Assembly (NCBI GenBank): GCA_000146045.2
Contig: BK006947.3
Location: 416,001 to 480,000, forward strand
Direction of reading: 5' to 3'
Length of the DNA: 64,000 nucleotides
Source of the DNA: TPA_inf: Saccharomyces
Lineage: Eukaryota
The translations under genes and the position numbers were made by a program. Under the pieces are notes generated by a model, which did not search any database, was not told the DNA's origin, and worked only from the letters and a program-made list of their open reading frames with translations. Shown piece after piece: positions 31,611 through 41,703 of this stretch (its first letter is position 1; each line of letters opens with the position of its first letter).

Positions 31611-33374
31611 ATGAATAGTCAAGGTTACGATGAAAGCTCTTCCTCTACTGCTGCTACTAGCGGTCCTACTTCTGGAGACCCACGAATGGGTAAGAAACAA
31701 CGGTTTATGAATCTCATAAGAACCACAAAGGATGTTTATATTCCTAACCTGACGTCATCCATTTCTCAAAAGACAATGGATGGCATCAGGAGCACTACGA
31801 ATTCCTTCGAAGGTTATAATGACTTGCCTATGGAATTGCCACATAATACCACGATAACATATTTTCCAACGTATACCACAACTAATTTGGTTGACCCTGA
31901 CGGTTTGAGTGCGCCTCGGAAAGATTTTGAAACTACTGTCAGATGTGCTGTTTCTTATCCAGGAAATCCTACAAGCAGGAGAAATAGGTGGTTGCTTTCT
32001 CTTTGTAAACAATATCTTAGAACTGGAACGGCGGAGGCCGATGTTGCACCTGTTGTTCCCCCTCATCTCGAAGAGGATTCTGGAGATTTAAACGACTCCC
32101 AATCAAGTATAGAAAGTTCTTTGTCTTCAAAGAGCGAAAATAGGTATTCACATATGGGCATCCAAGAGGAAGATGTTCTGAATGAGAGAATTCAAGGATT
32201 CCTGTCCAAAAAAGTTCCTAATACTCCAGTGGTGGTTGACCTATTGCCCAAAGATAAGCTCAGAGGGGATACGGCTTCCTTTTTTGGTACCACGGACTCT
32301 TATGGTAATTTACTAATCAAGGCAGAAACAGATTTTTTACCGTCCAAGATTAATATTACATTAGATACCCCTATAGAAGGCCATGCAGATCCCATATCTG
32401 AAACATTTCCGGCCAATTATGTCTCGCCCTACGGTATTGGTTTAATCAGTGATATTGACGACACCATCAAGCATACTGGCGTTACGGGTGACAGGAGATC
32501 GATGTTTCGTAATGTTTTCATCCATGATGTTCAATCGTGGGTAATAGATGGTGTTCCTCTTTGGTACAAAACTTTACATGATGTCGCAGACGTTGATTTC
32601 TTTTATGTTTCTAATTCACCCATCCAAACTTTTACTCTTTTGAAACAATATATTTGCGCCAATTTTCCTCCGGGTCCAATTTTTTTGAAACAATACTCTG
32701 GTAATTTCTTTTCCACTATCATGACTTCAAGTGCGAATAGAAAAATTCAGCCGATTGCAAATATCTTAAAGGATTTTCCCAAAAAAAAATTTATTTTGGT
32801 CGGTGATTCTGGTGAACATGACTTAGAAGCGTATACCACTACGGCTTTACAATTTCCGAACCAGATTCTGGCTATTTATATAAGATGTTGCTCTAATTCC
32901 ATGAGTGATGTCCCATCGCATGATGAAGAAGTTATGAATGAAGTGAACAATATCATCGAATTACAACAACGGCCCATGCAAATGACCAAGTCTACCGTAC
33001 GTACCAGGAGAAGACCACCACCACCTCCCATTCCTTCCACTCAAAAGCCATCGTTGACAGAAGAGCAAACCGAAAGTATAAGAATGTCACGCCGTAATAA
33101 AGATGAGAACAATGCTAAAAGAGTTGCCCCACCACCGTTGCCGAACAGACAGTTACCTAACTTAGACGCTAATACTTACTATGTACCATCCTCACAAAAT
33201 GACTATGGCATGTATGGTGCTTTCATGGATAAAAAAGCAGATGAATGGAAGAGAAGAGTAATGGACTCAATTCAAAAATTGAGCAATCAAGACACCACAT
33301 TGATGTTCTTTTCGGATCCGGCATTAAGTTTGGAAGACAGTATTCGCAGAATTAGGGAGAAGTATTCAAACTAA
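31611..33374 (+). CDS. APP1: Phosphatidate phosphatase App1 (587 aa), with a Pro-rich C-terminal region.
   Basis: The ORF track starts at GTG 31422. The first in-frame ATG is at 31611 (MNSQGYDESSSS...). The product ends with PPPPPIPS and PPPLPNRQLP motifs, and 587 aa matches App1. Confidence 0.87.
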   Translation: MNSQGYDESSSSTAATSGPTSGDPRMGKKQRFMNLIRTTKDVYIPNLTSSISQKTMDGIRSTTNSFEGYNDLPMELPHNTTITYFPTYTTTNLVDPDGLSAPRKDFETTVRCAVSYPGNPTSRRNRWLLSLCKQYLRTGTAEADVAPVVPPHLEEDSGDLNDSQSSIESSLSSKSENRYSHMGIQEEDVLNERIQGFLSKKVPNTPVVVDLLPKDKLRGDTASFFGTTDSYGNLLIKAETDFLPSKINITLDTPIEGHADPISETFPANYVSPYGIGLISDIDDTIKHTGVTGDRRSMFRNVFIHDVQSWVIDGVPLWYKTLHDVADVDFFYVSNSPIQTFTLLKQYICANFPPGPIFLKQYSGNFFSTIMTSSANRKIQPIANILKDFPKKKFILVGDSGEHDLEAYTTTALQFPNQILAIYIRCCSNSMSDVPSHDEEVMNEVNNIIELQQRPMQMTKSTVRTRRRPPPPPIPSTQKPSLTEEQTESIRMSRRNKDENNAKRVAPPPLPNRQLPNLDANTYYVPSSQNDYGMYGAFMDKKADEWKRRVMDSIQKLSNQDTTLMFFSDPALSLEDSIRRIREKYSN

Positions 33375-33867
33375 ATACACTGTTATTTATATACATCGGG
33401 AGGGAGTTTAAAAATTGTATACACTAAAGTGACCTTATGAATTGGAGCCATTTTCAACGTTTTAGAGTGATGTTGCATCCTTTTCATCAGATCGGGAAAT
33501 TAAAAAAACGGTTATAGAAGGGCTAAATGTAAATATGTAAATTTTATGAAGTCAAGAGTAAAGAAAATCTTCGGTTGCCGATCAAATACACTCTTACAAA
33601 ATACCCTAAACTCAGTTTATCTTTCCATTCCAACTGATTATCGCGTACGCCTTGGTGACCAACCATACCCTAAAATGTCAATTTCCGGGGCGGAAGGGGT
33701 CCTTAAACTGCAAAGCCTCTTCCCATGTAAATAAAATAAATCCGTAGAATTTATTAAATATTGTCATATTATAAGTCGGGAAAGGCCTTCTGAATGCACG
33801 TATATTGACCAAATAGAGTTAGATTCAAATTATTTATTACATTTTTTCAGCATCGAAGTTAAGTAGA

Positions 33868-34530
33868 ATGGATAAACATACAGCAGCTATTCCAACATTA
33901 ACTATCAAAGTAGTCTTACTCGGAGAATCTGCTGTCGGGAAGTCCTCAATAGTCCTCAGGTTTGTATCTGACGATTTTAAAGAGAGCAAAGAACCTACTA
34001 TTGGTGCCGCATTTTTAACAAAGAGAATTACAAGGGATGGCAAGGTCATTAAATTTGAAATATGGGATACGGCAGGCCAGGAGAGATTTGCTCCTTTAGC
34101 GCCTATGTACTACAGAAATGCTCAAGCTGCTTTGGTAGTTTTTGATGTTACTAATGAAGGGTCTTTTTATAAGGCTCAAAACTGGGTCGAAGAACTACAC
34201 GAGAAGGTAGGACATGATATCGTTATTGCCTTGGTGGGGAACAAAATGGATTTGCTGAATAATGATGACGAGAATGAAAATAGGGCTATGAAAGCACCAG
34301 CTGTACAAAATCTCTGTGAAAGAGAGAACCTCTTATATTTCGAAGCAAGCGCTAAGACTGGTGAGAATATTTACCAGATATTTCAAACATTAGGCGAAAA
34401 AGTACCATGTCCTGAACAAAATACACGACAAAGCTCTACTCATGATCGCACAATTACCGATAATCAACGAATCGATCTCGAATCAACGACTGTAGAAAGT
34501 ACTAGGGAGACTGGGGGTTGTAACTGCTAA
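33868..34530 (+). CDS. YPT53: Rab5-family GTPase Ypt53 (220 aa), with a C-terminal CXC prenylation motif.
   Basis: G1 GESAVGKSS, G3 WDTAGQE, G4 GNKMD, ending ..GGCNC. Confidence 0.9.
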   Translation: MDKHTAAIPTLTIKVVLLGESAVGKSSIVLRFVSDDFKESKEPTIGAAFLTKRITRDGKVIKFEIWDTAGQERFAPLAPMYYRNAQAALVVFDVTNEGSFYKAQNWVEELHEKVGHDIVIALVGNKMDLLNNDDENENRAMKAPAVQNLCERENLLYFEASAKTGENIYQIFQTLGEKVPCPEQNTRQSSTHDRTITDNQRIDLESTTVESTRETGGCNC

Positions 34531-34870
34531 ACTGCAAGCAAAACAACAGCAAACGCGGCATATTCAGCGTCTTAGCGAAGCTTGCCATTGAAAAGAACAG
34601 TTCGTAACAACAGCTGGAAGAATAGTACTGGAAATTTTCAATTACTTTTGCAAAACAAGCACTTTTTTGTTTCACTTCCATTAGCCGCAAGAAATACACT
34701 TTTTTTAGGGGCGGGAATTTTCATCGCCAGATCGAGAATCACAAGGCCTTTACGTACTATAGTTTGTAATTTATACAAAATCAGCTACTGTTATTTTGGT
34801 GTACCAGCGGCAAAAATTGGTGAGGATCTGAAAATTAATTAGAGGTGAACACATATCAGTAATTTTGACT

Positions 34871-36073
34871 ATGGACGAGAATGAATTTGATAATCAAAGG
34901 GAGAATAAAGCTGTAGCTCGAGTGATCATATCATTTCTTAAGTATGAAGAGTATGCCCTAAAGGAAATCTACAATTTGAGAGTGAAAAAATGGGCATCGA
35001 TCTCAGATCGTCAAAAAGACATGGTACCAAACTATACAAAATATTTAGCTAATCTGAAAGCCGCAATTATAGAAAATGGCAAGTTCTTTAGAAGTGTCGC
35101 CGAATATGCCCTGCAATCAATAAGTTTTGAGCCAGGAGAAATCGTACAACCAAACGATTTAGATATGAGTAAAACATGCTCTTTACTTACGCAAGTTTAT
35201 AGGGAGTGGTCCGCAGAGGCCATTTCTGAACGTAATTGCTTAAATTCGAGGCTTGTACCGTTTTTGAAGACCCTATCACCCCCAAAAGCCGACATTTTGA
35301 TACCGGGTTGCGGCACAGGACGCCTTCTCGTGGATCTTAGCAGAATGGGCTATAATTGTGAAGGTAACGAATTTTCATATCACATGCTGCTTGTATCTCA
35401 ATACATGTTGAATGCAGGATTACTCCAAAACCAAATTATTATCTATCCCTTCATACACTGTTTCTCCCACTGGAAAAAAATTGAAGATCAGTTGTCTCCC
35501 ATTAAGGTGCCGGACATAGAAGCGTGGTCTTCAAATAAAGGTATGGGGTCCATGTCGATATGTGCTGGCTCGTTTGTTGATTGTTATGGTCGTAATCAAG
35601 GCACAAAAATCTCGTCACATTATACATTTTCGCGAAGGATGCAACTAAGTAGAGCAAAAGCTGAAAACTCCAAAGACGTTGTAGTAACAAACTTTTTTAT
35701 AGATACGGGATCCAACATCTTGGATTATTTGGATACTATTGGCCACGTCTTGAAGCCAGGCGGAATCTGGTGCAATTTCGGCCCATTGCTTTATCATTTT
35801 GAAAATGACCATGGGGTTGAAACTACCTACGAAGTTAACCCTTACTCTGGGTTTCAAGATAAAATCAATGACTATACACCACTGATGGGTTTAGAGCTTT
35901 CTAGCGATGATATCATAAGCATTGCCACAAATCATCTGGACTTTGAATTAATACGGAGAGAGTCAGGAATACTTTGTGGGTATGGCCGCTACGCGGGTCC
36001 AGAAAGTTGCGCCATGCCTGGATACATGTGCCACTATTGGATCCTGAAGTCGAACCCCACCAATGAATCATAA
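34871..36073 (+). CDS. Putative SAM-dependent (carnosine-N-methyltransferase-like) methyltransferase, 400 aa (YNL092W).
   Basis: The track ORF starts at TTG 34865. The first ATG is at 34871 (MDENEFDNQ...). Contains the SAM-binding-like motif [11 protein letters not shown]. Confidence 0.8.
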
Positions 36074-36407
36074 GCTTACACAATAATCTAATTGCACTAT
36101 ATAGAAGTTGCTGACACAGCCGTTTTAGAGAACTCAGAATGTTACCCGCGCGGAAAATTCTTTTTGCTCCCTCTCGCTATGTTCTGTTTACCATATTGAC
36201 AGTACTGGTTATCAGCCTAGATCCAGTAATACATAAAGCCCTCAATTTGAACTATATATCAAAGCTAGAAGAAGAGTGATTTGTCATAATTGATTCACTT
36301 TATAAGCTCCTTTATCGTTTCAGTTTCCAGGTGCATTTATCGCTTAAGGCCATTACTTTCAACAATAAGCAATCTTTATAAGTGAAAAATTGGGGAAATT
36401 GCCAAAG

Positions 36408-39400
36408 ATGCCCCCAAACTCCAAGAGTAAGAGAAGAAAGAACAAATCCAAGCAACACAACAAGAAAAATGGCAACTCTGATCCTGAACAAAGTATAAAT
36501 CCTACACAGCTAGTACCTCGAATGGAGCCAGAGTTGTATCATACAGAATCGGATTACCCAACTTCAAGAGTAATAAAAAGAGCGCCCAATGGCGATGTCA
36601 TCGTGGAACCAATAAATACAGACGATGATAAGAAAGAACGTACGGCGAACTTGACTCATAATAAGGATAGTATGGATTCTGCTTCTTCCTTAGCTTTTAC
36701 TCTAGATTCTCACTGGGAATCATTATCGCCAGAAGAAAAGAAAACTATTCTACGAATCGAAAAGGAGGAAGTATTTAATGTCATAAGGAATTACCAGGAC
36801 GATCATAGTTGTAGTTGCTCTGTTTGTGGACGCCGCCATTTAGCAATGGATCAAGAAATGGAGCGTATATACAATACACTTTATGCCATGGATAAGGATA
36901 AAGACCCTGAAACCAATCCTATCAAATTCCACTTAGGCATAATAAAGGAGCTACAGATTTCCAAAAATCAACAGCAAAATGATTTATCTTCTACAAAGGG
37001 CGAAGTTGTAAAAAATTTCCTTTCGTCAAGTACAGTTGGCTCTTTGAAAGAGGAAGTGCTGCATTTCAAACAAAAGCAACTTTCAAAACAAGAACAAGCG
37101 CATAATGAAACGGCGGATAATACCTCATTACTTGAAGAAAATTTGAACAATATACACATCAACAAAACTTCTAGTGAAATTTCCGCAAATTTCAATTCTG
37201 TGAGCGATGAAGAGTTGCAACAAAAATATTCCAACTTCACAAAAACGTTTATTTCATCACATCCCAAAATAGCAGAGGAGTATGTACAAAAAATGATGAT
37301 GTATCCGAATATTAGAGCACTGACTGATGACTTAATGAATAGTAACGGGCAAGGATTTCTTAATGCAATCGAAGACTTTGTGCGAGATGGCCAGATACAA
37401 GCATCGAAAAAAGACGACAGCATCACTGAAGATGAAGCATCTAGTACAGATTTGACTGATCCAAAGGAGTTTACCACAATGCTGCATAGTGGAAAACCAC
37501 TTACAGAAGATGAGTATGCCGACCTCCAGCGCAACATTGCTGAAAGGATGACTAATGCGTACGATACCGCAAGTAAGAAATTCAAAGATGTGTCACAATT
37601 AGAGAAGGAGCTATTTACACGATTCATGTCGGGGAGAGACAAAAAATCTTTCAGAGAGTTGATAATTCAATCCTTTAAAAATAAATTTGATGGGGAATTA
37701 GGTCCATCCGTTCTAGCAGCCACTTTAAGCTCGTGCTTTTCATCTCAATCGAAGGATACTTCGTTAGATACTGATTCTATATATGAAGATGAAGATGAGG
37801 AAGACTATGATGACTATTCAGAATATGCTGAAGATAGCGAAGAGGTTTCTGAGTATGAAGGAATAGAGGCAGTCGAAAAACCAGAGCATGATGAAAAAAG
37901 CAACGGGATACGTGAAACATTACATTTAAGTTATGACCACGATCATAAACGACAGAACCACCCTCACCATCACTACCATAGTACCAGTACCCACAGCGAA
38001 GATGAACTGAGTGAAGAAGAGTATATTTCCGATATAGAATTACCGCATGATCCTCATAAGCACTTTCACCGCGATGATGATATATTAGATGGGGATGAAG
38101 ATGAGCCAGAGGAAGAGGATGAAAATGAAGGCGATGACGAAGAAGATACTTATGACAGCGGTCTTGATGAAACTGACCGTTTAGAAGAAGGTCGGAAATT
38201 GATTCAGATAGCCATTACAAAGTTGCTTCAAAGTCGAATAATGGCTTCTTATCATGAGAAACAGGCAGATAATAACAGACTAAAACTTCTACAAGAACTA
38301 GAAGAAGAAAAAAGAAAGAAAAGAGAGAAGGAAGAAAAAAAGCAGAAAAAAAGAGAAAAAGAGAAAGAAAAGAAGAGGCTGCAACAGTTAGCTAAAGAGG
38401 AAGAAAAACGAAAAAGGGAAGAAGAGAAAGAAAGGCTAAAGAAGGAATTAGAAGAGCGTGAAATGAGAAGACGAGAGGCTCAAAGGAAAAAGGTTGAAGA
38501 AGCCAAACGGAAGAAAGACGAGGAGAGAAAGCGTAGATTGGAAGAGCAGCAGCGGAGAGAAGAAATGCAAGAAAAACAACGGAAACAGAAAGAGGAACTA
38601 AAACGCAAGAGGGAAGAAGAAAAGAAACGTATTAGAGAACAGAAAAGGCTAGAACAAGAAAAGCTACAGAAAGAAAAAGAAGAAGAAGAGAGACAAAGAT
38701 TAATTGCAGAGGATGCGCTAAGAAAACAGAAATTAAACGAAGAACAAACATCTGCGAACATACTTTCCGCCAAACCTTTTACTGAGAATGGAGTTGGCAA
38801 CCCTGTTTCATCTCAATCACATCCCAACATGACTAACTACCAAGAGGATAATAGTTGCAGTATCAACGATGAAATACTTAAAATGGTTAATAGCGTGGCT
38901 GCATCCAAACCAGTTTCACCCACAGGCTTTAACGTTCATGATCTACTTCTTCCTTCAACTAACAACCAGATGCCTGCTATGGAACAATCACACTTGCCAC
39001 AGCCAGGTAATCAAAACAACCATTTTGGAACTACAACTATTCCGAATGCGTTAGACTTGGCTACAAAATCTTCTTTACAGACTGAAAACAACTATTTAAT
39101 GAACTCACAAACTCTGGAAAATACAAGTCTATTGATGCATAATAATTCATCGCCAACTAAGCTATTGCCAAATGACTTTGGTTTATCATCTTGGGGTGGT
39201 CTGACAAATACAATGTCCATAAATCCTACATGTAAACCACCGGTTATTCAAACTTCAGAAATGGAATCACAAGCCCATAAATCTAGTCCTCAAGCTACAA
39301 TGCCATCTTTTGGACTACCTAATGGTGGTACTCACCGTAAATCGTTTACCGACGAGTTGAACACTTTAACTAGCATGCTTTCTTCTTCCGGGTTCGCAGA

Positions 39401-40130
39401 TACATCACTTTCATCATCAGGATTCCCCCCATCACAGCGTTCTGTGTGGAATGATCAAAAAAGCTCATTTTCGGGACCGTCGACTGCAGGAAACTTTAAC
39501 AACAGCAGTATACAAAGCGGTATGCTGCTCGCACCTACATTAGGAAGCGTTGAATCGTTTCCAAATCGAACTTCTATCTGGGACAGCAGCACCACTCCGA
39601 TGATGAATAAATCCGAGCTTTCCGGTCGCAATATAACTAGTACTGCGCAAGATAGCCCTGCGTTCATGGCATCAAATATCTGGTCTAGTAACAGTCAATA
39701 CAATTCACCATATTTGACTAGCAACGTCCTTCAATCCCCTCAAATTTCGAGTGGAGTGGATGAAAGCCACATTCTGGATAGCATCTACAATACTTATTTA
39801 GCTATTTCCCCACAAGATAGTTTAAACCCCTACATTGCTATCGGGACACTATTCCAAAATTTAGTAGGACTTAACTTGGATTACTCGACGTTTATCAACA
39901 AATTGATAAGCATGCAAGGAGCCTACAATTGCGAATTCTTTACTGATAACAATGGATCCATTACCCACGTTCGATTTGCGAGACAAACTCCCGCTGGCCA
40001 CTCAAAGGGGTTGCTGAATCAACTCTTTAGTGGATTGAACGATCCAACTGCTACACCATTTACGTCAAGGCCTCATACCTCCACAAGGGCTAGTTTTCCA
40101 ATTGCCTCTTCAACTACGCAAACGTCTTAA
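36408..40130 (+). CDS. NST1: Nst1, 1240 aa. A large Lys/Glu/Arg-rich coiled-coil region is flanked by Ser/Asn-rich low-complexity regions.
   Basis: The track ORF starts at TTG 36390. ATG is at 36408 (MPPNSKSKRRKNKSKQHNKK...). Length 1240 aa and synteny as YNL091W. Confidence 0.87.
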   Translation: MPPNSKSKRRKNKSKQHNKKNGNSDPEQSINPTQLVPRMEPELYHTESDYPTSRVIKRAPNGDVIVEPINTDDDKKERTANLTHNKDSMDSASSLAFTLDSHWESLSPEEKKTILRIEKEEVFNVIRNYQDDHSCSCSVCGRRHLAMDQEMERIYNTLYAMDKDKDPETNPIKFHLGIIKELQISKNQQQNDLSSTKGEVVKNFLSSSTVGSLKEEVLHFKQKQLSKQEQAHNETADNTSLLEENLNNIHINKTSSEISANFNSVSDEELQQKYSNFTKTFISSHPKIAEEYVQKMMMYPNIRALTDDLMNSNGQGFLNAIEDFVRDGQIQASKKDDSITEDEASSTDLTDPKEFTTMLHSGKPLTEDEYADLQRNIAERMTNAYDTASKKFKDVSQLEKELFTRFMSGRDKKSFRELIIQSFKNKFDGELGPSVLAATLSSCFSSQSKDTSLDTDSIYEDEDEEDYDDYSEYAEDSEEVSEYEGIEAVEKPEHDEKSNGIRETLHLSYDHDHKRQNHPHHHYHSTSTHSEDELSEEEYISDIELPHDPHKHFHRDDDILDGDEDEPEEEDENEGDDEEDTYDSGLDETDRLEEGRKLIQIAITKLLQSRIMASYHEKQADNNRLKLLQELEEEKRKKREKEEKKQKKREKEKEKKRLQQLAKEEEKRKREEEKERLKKELEEREMRRREAQRKKVEEAKRKKDEERKRRLEEQQRREEMQEKQRKQKEELKRKREEEKKRIREQKRLEQEKLQKEKEEEERQRLIAEDALRKQKLNEEQTSANILSAKPFTENGVGNPVSSQSHPNMTNYQEDNSCSINDEILKMVNSVAASKPVSPTGFNVHDLLLPSTNNQMPAMEQSHLPQPGNQNNHFGTTTIPNALDLATKSSLQTENNYLMNSQTLENTSLLMHNNSSPTKLLPNDFGLSSWGGLTNTMSINPTCKPPVIQTSEMESQAHKSSPQATMPSFGLPNGGTHRKSFTDELNTLTSMLSSSGFADTSLSSSGFPPSQRSVWNDQKSSFSGPSTAGNFNNSSIQSGMLLAPTLGSVESFPNRTSIWDSSTTPMMNKSELSGRNITSTAQDSPAFMASNIWSSNSQYNSPYLTSNVLQSPQISSGVDESHILDSIYNTYLAISPQDSLNPYIAIGTLFQNLVGLNLDYSTFINKLISMQGAYNCEFFTDNNGSITHVRFARQTPAGHSKGLLNQLFSGLNDPTATPFTSRPHTSTRASFPIASSTTQTS
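38280..38720 (+). repeat. About 440-bp polypurine (A/G about 90%) tract on the coding strand. It encodes the Lys/Glu/Arg-rich coiled-coil of NST1.
   Basis: Runs of aagaaagaaaagagagaaggaagaaaaaaag.... The strong strand asymmetry produces a spurious antisense ORF (38480..38800). Confidence 0.85.
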
Positions 40131-40564
40131 ATTTGCTCCGGTACGCAGGGCCAAAAATATTTACATACATACATAATTCGACGAAATTTCAGAAGAGACA
40201 CTAAACAATCGTACATCTCTCTACTCGATGTGAGCCACGCGTCGGTTTTTCTTACCGTCGTGGCTTTAGAGGTGAGGCTGCGACACCCCATACATCTTAC
40301 CCGGCATTTAATTTCCATTTTTCGCAGGAATGTGAATATGATAATAGACTTCGGTACACTCTTTTTTAGGTATAACATATATCAATTGTTCAACAACAAT
40401 TATTCAAAGCGCAACTCTCCAAAGGTAGTTATTCTGATAATTTGAACCAAAAGTCCCCAGATTAAGTCTTAATTAAACTGCCCTTGCATACCGCTGTAAA
40501 CGATTTGTGTGCAGACATCAATTGCTGAAACGTTCTGCTTTGGTTGTGCTTTTGATCCCGTACT

Positions 40565-41143
40565 ATGTCTGAAAAGGCCGTTAGAAGGAAACTTGTTATT
40601 ATTGGTGATGGTGCTTGTGGCAAGACCTCTTTACTATATGTATTTACATTAGGAAAATTCCCTGAACAATATCATCCGACAGTGTTCGAGAATTATGTCA
40701 CTGATTGCAGAGTTGACGGAATAAAAGTGTCCTTAACGCTCTGGGATACAGCGGGACAAGAGGAATATGAACGTTTACGTCCATTCTCATATTCAAAAGC
40801 AGATATAATATTAATTGGGTTTGCTGTAGACAATTTTGAATCACTAATTAACGCAAGGACGAAATGGGCGGATGAGGCATTACGATATTGTCCTGACGCA
40901 CCAATCGTTCTTGTAGGCTTGAAAAAAGATTTGAGGCAAGAAGCCCATTTTAAAGAGAATGCTACCGATGAAATGGTTCCCATTGAAGATGCAAAACAAG
41001 TTGCAAGGGCCATTGGGGCCAAGAAATACATGGAATGTAGTGCACTGACTGGTGAGGGTGTGGATGATGTCTTTGAAGTAGCTACAAGAACCAGTTTGCT
41101 TATGAAGAAGGAACCAGGGGCTAACTGTTGCATAATTTTATAA
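40565..41143 (+). CDS. RHO2: Rho-family GTPase Rho2 (192 aa), CAAX box CIIL.
   Basis: MSEKAVRRKLVIIGDGACGKTSLL...WDTAGQEEY... ending ..ANCCIIL. Confidence 0.94.
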   Translation: MSEKAVRRKLVIIGDGACGKTSLLYVFTLGKFPEQYHPTVFENYVTDCRVDGIKVSLTLWDTAGQEEYERLRPFSYSKADIILIGFAVDNFESLINARTKWADEALRYCPDAPIVLVGLKKDLRQEAHFKENATDEMVPIEDAKQVARAIGAKKYMECSALTGEGVDDVFEVATRTSLLMKKEPGANCCIIL

Positions 41144-41703
41144 AAAAAACTTACACTGAAATGATACATTATCTTTTTAGCAAGGGAGGGAAAAACAATA
41201 CCGTATTATAATTTTAATCAAATTTCATAGATATAATGGAATAAGTTAAAAAGGCTTATCGATAGTGCATGTATAAAACACAAACCCATTCGATATGTTT
41301 GTTCGTTAATGTCCTACAGATTCTTATTCGAGAGCCTTTACCAGAAGCAAAATTTCCGACGGATATAAGAAAATGGCACATCAAACCATAGCTCAAGGTA
41401 CTGCGCCGATGAGCTAAACGGAACTGCCTAGTTTGATTATTTTTCGTTTATATACTTATTTACTTATTTACGCTATTTGTATTCGAATTCCTTACGAGGC
41501 GATGAGTGAAAGACGCGCCAGTAGGACGCGTCTTTTTTTTTTCAGTATAATGTAAACATATTATTGAATTGCCGAAGGAGACAAAAAGAAAAGAAAAGAG
41601 GAGATCATCTTTCATATAATCCAACCACGTCGTAGAGCAAACCACGACAATTTTAACTTTCTGTTTCAGTTAAAGGAGTTTATAACGACCAGCACGGCTA
41701 ACC

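Noticed and set aside
36968-38800. Antisense ORFs 36968..37642 (-) and 38480..38800 (-) inside NST1.
   Set aside because: Products of the polypurine strand bias, giving stop-poor pyrimidine-rich antisense frames. The translations are Ser/Phe/Cys/Leu low complexity.
40693-41169. 158-aa minus-strand ORF overlapping RHO2.
   Set aside because: Fully antisense to a conserved Rho GTPase. No domain-like features. Corresponds to the kind of ORF annotated as dubious in yeast.
41509-41542. Hairpin plus T10 as a bacterial rho-independent terminator, implying prokaryotic origin.
   Set aside because: The context is unambiguously yeast nuclear DNA (introns, Pol III tRNA, synteny). The element is better explained as split MCB half-sites plus a poly(dA:dT) tract.
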